Positions 63,370-64,000 of a stretch of DNA of 64,000 bases are shown piece by piece. Each line of letters starts with the position of its first letter. Positions within the stretch are counted from its first letter, which is position 1. The notes beneath the pieces are model-generated. The model ran no database searches and was not told the DNA's origin. It saw nothing but the letters and a program-made list of their open reading frames with translations. Made by a program: the position numbers and the translations under genes. This DNA is from Aggregatilineales bacterium (GTDB lineage Bacteria; Chloroflexota; Anaerolineae; Aggregatilineales; J027). The DNA lies in contig CBDCER010000002.1 of the NCBI GenBank assembly GCA_965215855.1, forward strand, positions 324,367 through 388,366, in the 5' to 3' direction.

Positions 63370-64000
63370 ATGAAAAAACGGCTCTGGGTACTAATGCTTT
63401 TATTGCTGCTTTCCATTAATGGTGTGTTGGCCCAAGCTCCATTGCCACCTGCCGAAGCCGACGCCGATGCCTTTCTAGAAACCAATTTCTTGTTACAGGA
63501 TACCTACGCCCGGGTGTTGTGCGCCTCCCAAAATAACGCATGTCCCGCTGAAGTCACAGCCACCGTGCCGTGCCTGACCACCGCCTGCCAGCGCCATGCC
63601 GCCACATATCCCATCACCGAAACCTATGCCACCATTCAGGCAGCTGTTGAAGTTGCTCAAGCTGGTGACCTCATCATCATCACACCAGGGCGCTATCGCG
63701 GAGTAGAAATCGAGAATACAGGCGGCGCAGGCGGCGCATATATTCACTTGCTGGGCTGGGGCGATCCTGGTTCGATCATCATTGATAGCCCGGCGGATCC
63801 TGACAAAAACTACCTGCGCCATCACTTCTATTTCATCAACGCCCACCACTATATCATTCAAAATCTGGCGTTTGAAGGCGCGGAAAATGGTGCGGGCATC
63901 TTCTTTTCTGGTTTTTTCAGCTATAGCGGAACCTTCGCACATCACGTTATTGTGATGGACACCTATAGCCACGATAACTATAAATGGGGGCTACACACAA
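63370..64000 (+). CDS. secreted right-handed beta-helix (pectate-lyase-fold)-like protein, 5' partial (runs off window)
   Basis: This ORF is absent from the ORF track because no stop is reached. My translation is MKKRLWVLMLLLLLSINGVLAQA (signal peptide) ... TIQAAVEVAQAGDLIIITPGRYRG ... HHYIIQNLAFEG. The frame is open to position 64000. Confidence 0.6.
   Translation, partial: MKKRLWVLMLLLLLSINGVLAQAPLPPAEADADAFLETNFLLQDTYARVLCASQNNACPAEVTATVPCLTTACQRHAATYPITETYATIQAAVEVAQAGDLIIITPGRYRGVEIENTGGAGGAYIHLLGWGDPGSIIIDSPADPDKNYLRHHFYFINAHHYIIQNLAFEGAENGAGIFFSGFFSYSGTFAHHVIVMDTYSHDNYKWGLHT

Noticed and set aside
63493-63972. 159-aa minus-strand ORF
   Set aside because: It is antisense to the open-ended signal-peptide/beta-helix ORF, which is the more credible gene.

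Overview
Gene-dense bacterial chromosomal segment with about 60 CDS on both strands. Many start/stop overlaps indicate operons. I recognised no rRNA, tRNA, CRISPR array or intact mobile element. GC content is mid-range: sampled 60-nt lines run 50-60% GC, except one clearly AT-rich gene at 33.4-34.6 kb. Housekeeping content: sufE-sufS-sufU plus a Rieske ferredoxin, mdh, fmt, recJ, mutS, pckA, mtnP, a SEDS/class-B PBP pair, an aminotransferase, and a heterodimeric ABC exporter. Accessory content: TPR/STAND, GAF-PAS kinase, GT-C membrane glycosyltransferase-like proteins, GNAT paralogues and secreted hydrolases. This mix suggests a filamentous monoderm lineage such as Chloroflexota, but that is inference only. 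The strongest candidate for a new system is at 28.8-32.4 kb. It is a TIR / CHAT-like / P-loop STAND NTPase whose stop codon overlaps the start of a stand-alone TPR protein. By-eye alignment suggests both effector-type domains lack their canonical catalytic residues. A perfect 21-bp hairpin lies just upstream. Other notable items:
- a class-B PBP homologue with all three transpeptidase motifs substituted, next to an intact-looking SEDS protein
- an IS200/RAYT-like Y1 protein without its HUH motif, translationally coupled to mutS
- a leader mini-ORF plus terminator hairpin directly in front of the ABC exporter
- an apparent 1-nt frameshift at the 3' end of recJ
- a Clp_N-M50 protease fusion inside the suf operon
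- a perfect TGTGA-N6-TCACA site upstream of pckA
Several ORF-track starts were moved to internal ATGs that have Shine-Dalgarno support. All domain calls come from motif recognition by eye. No searches were run.
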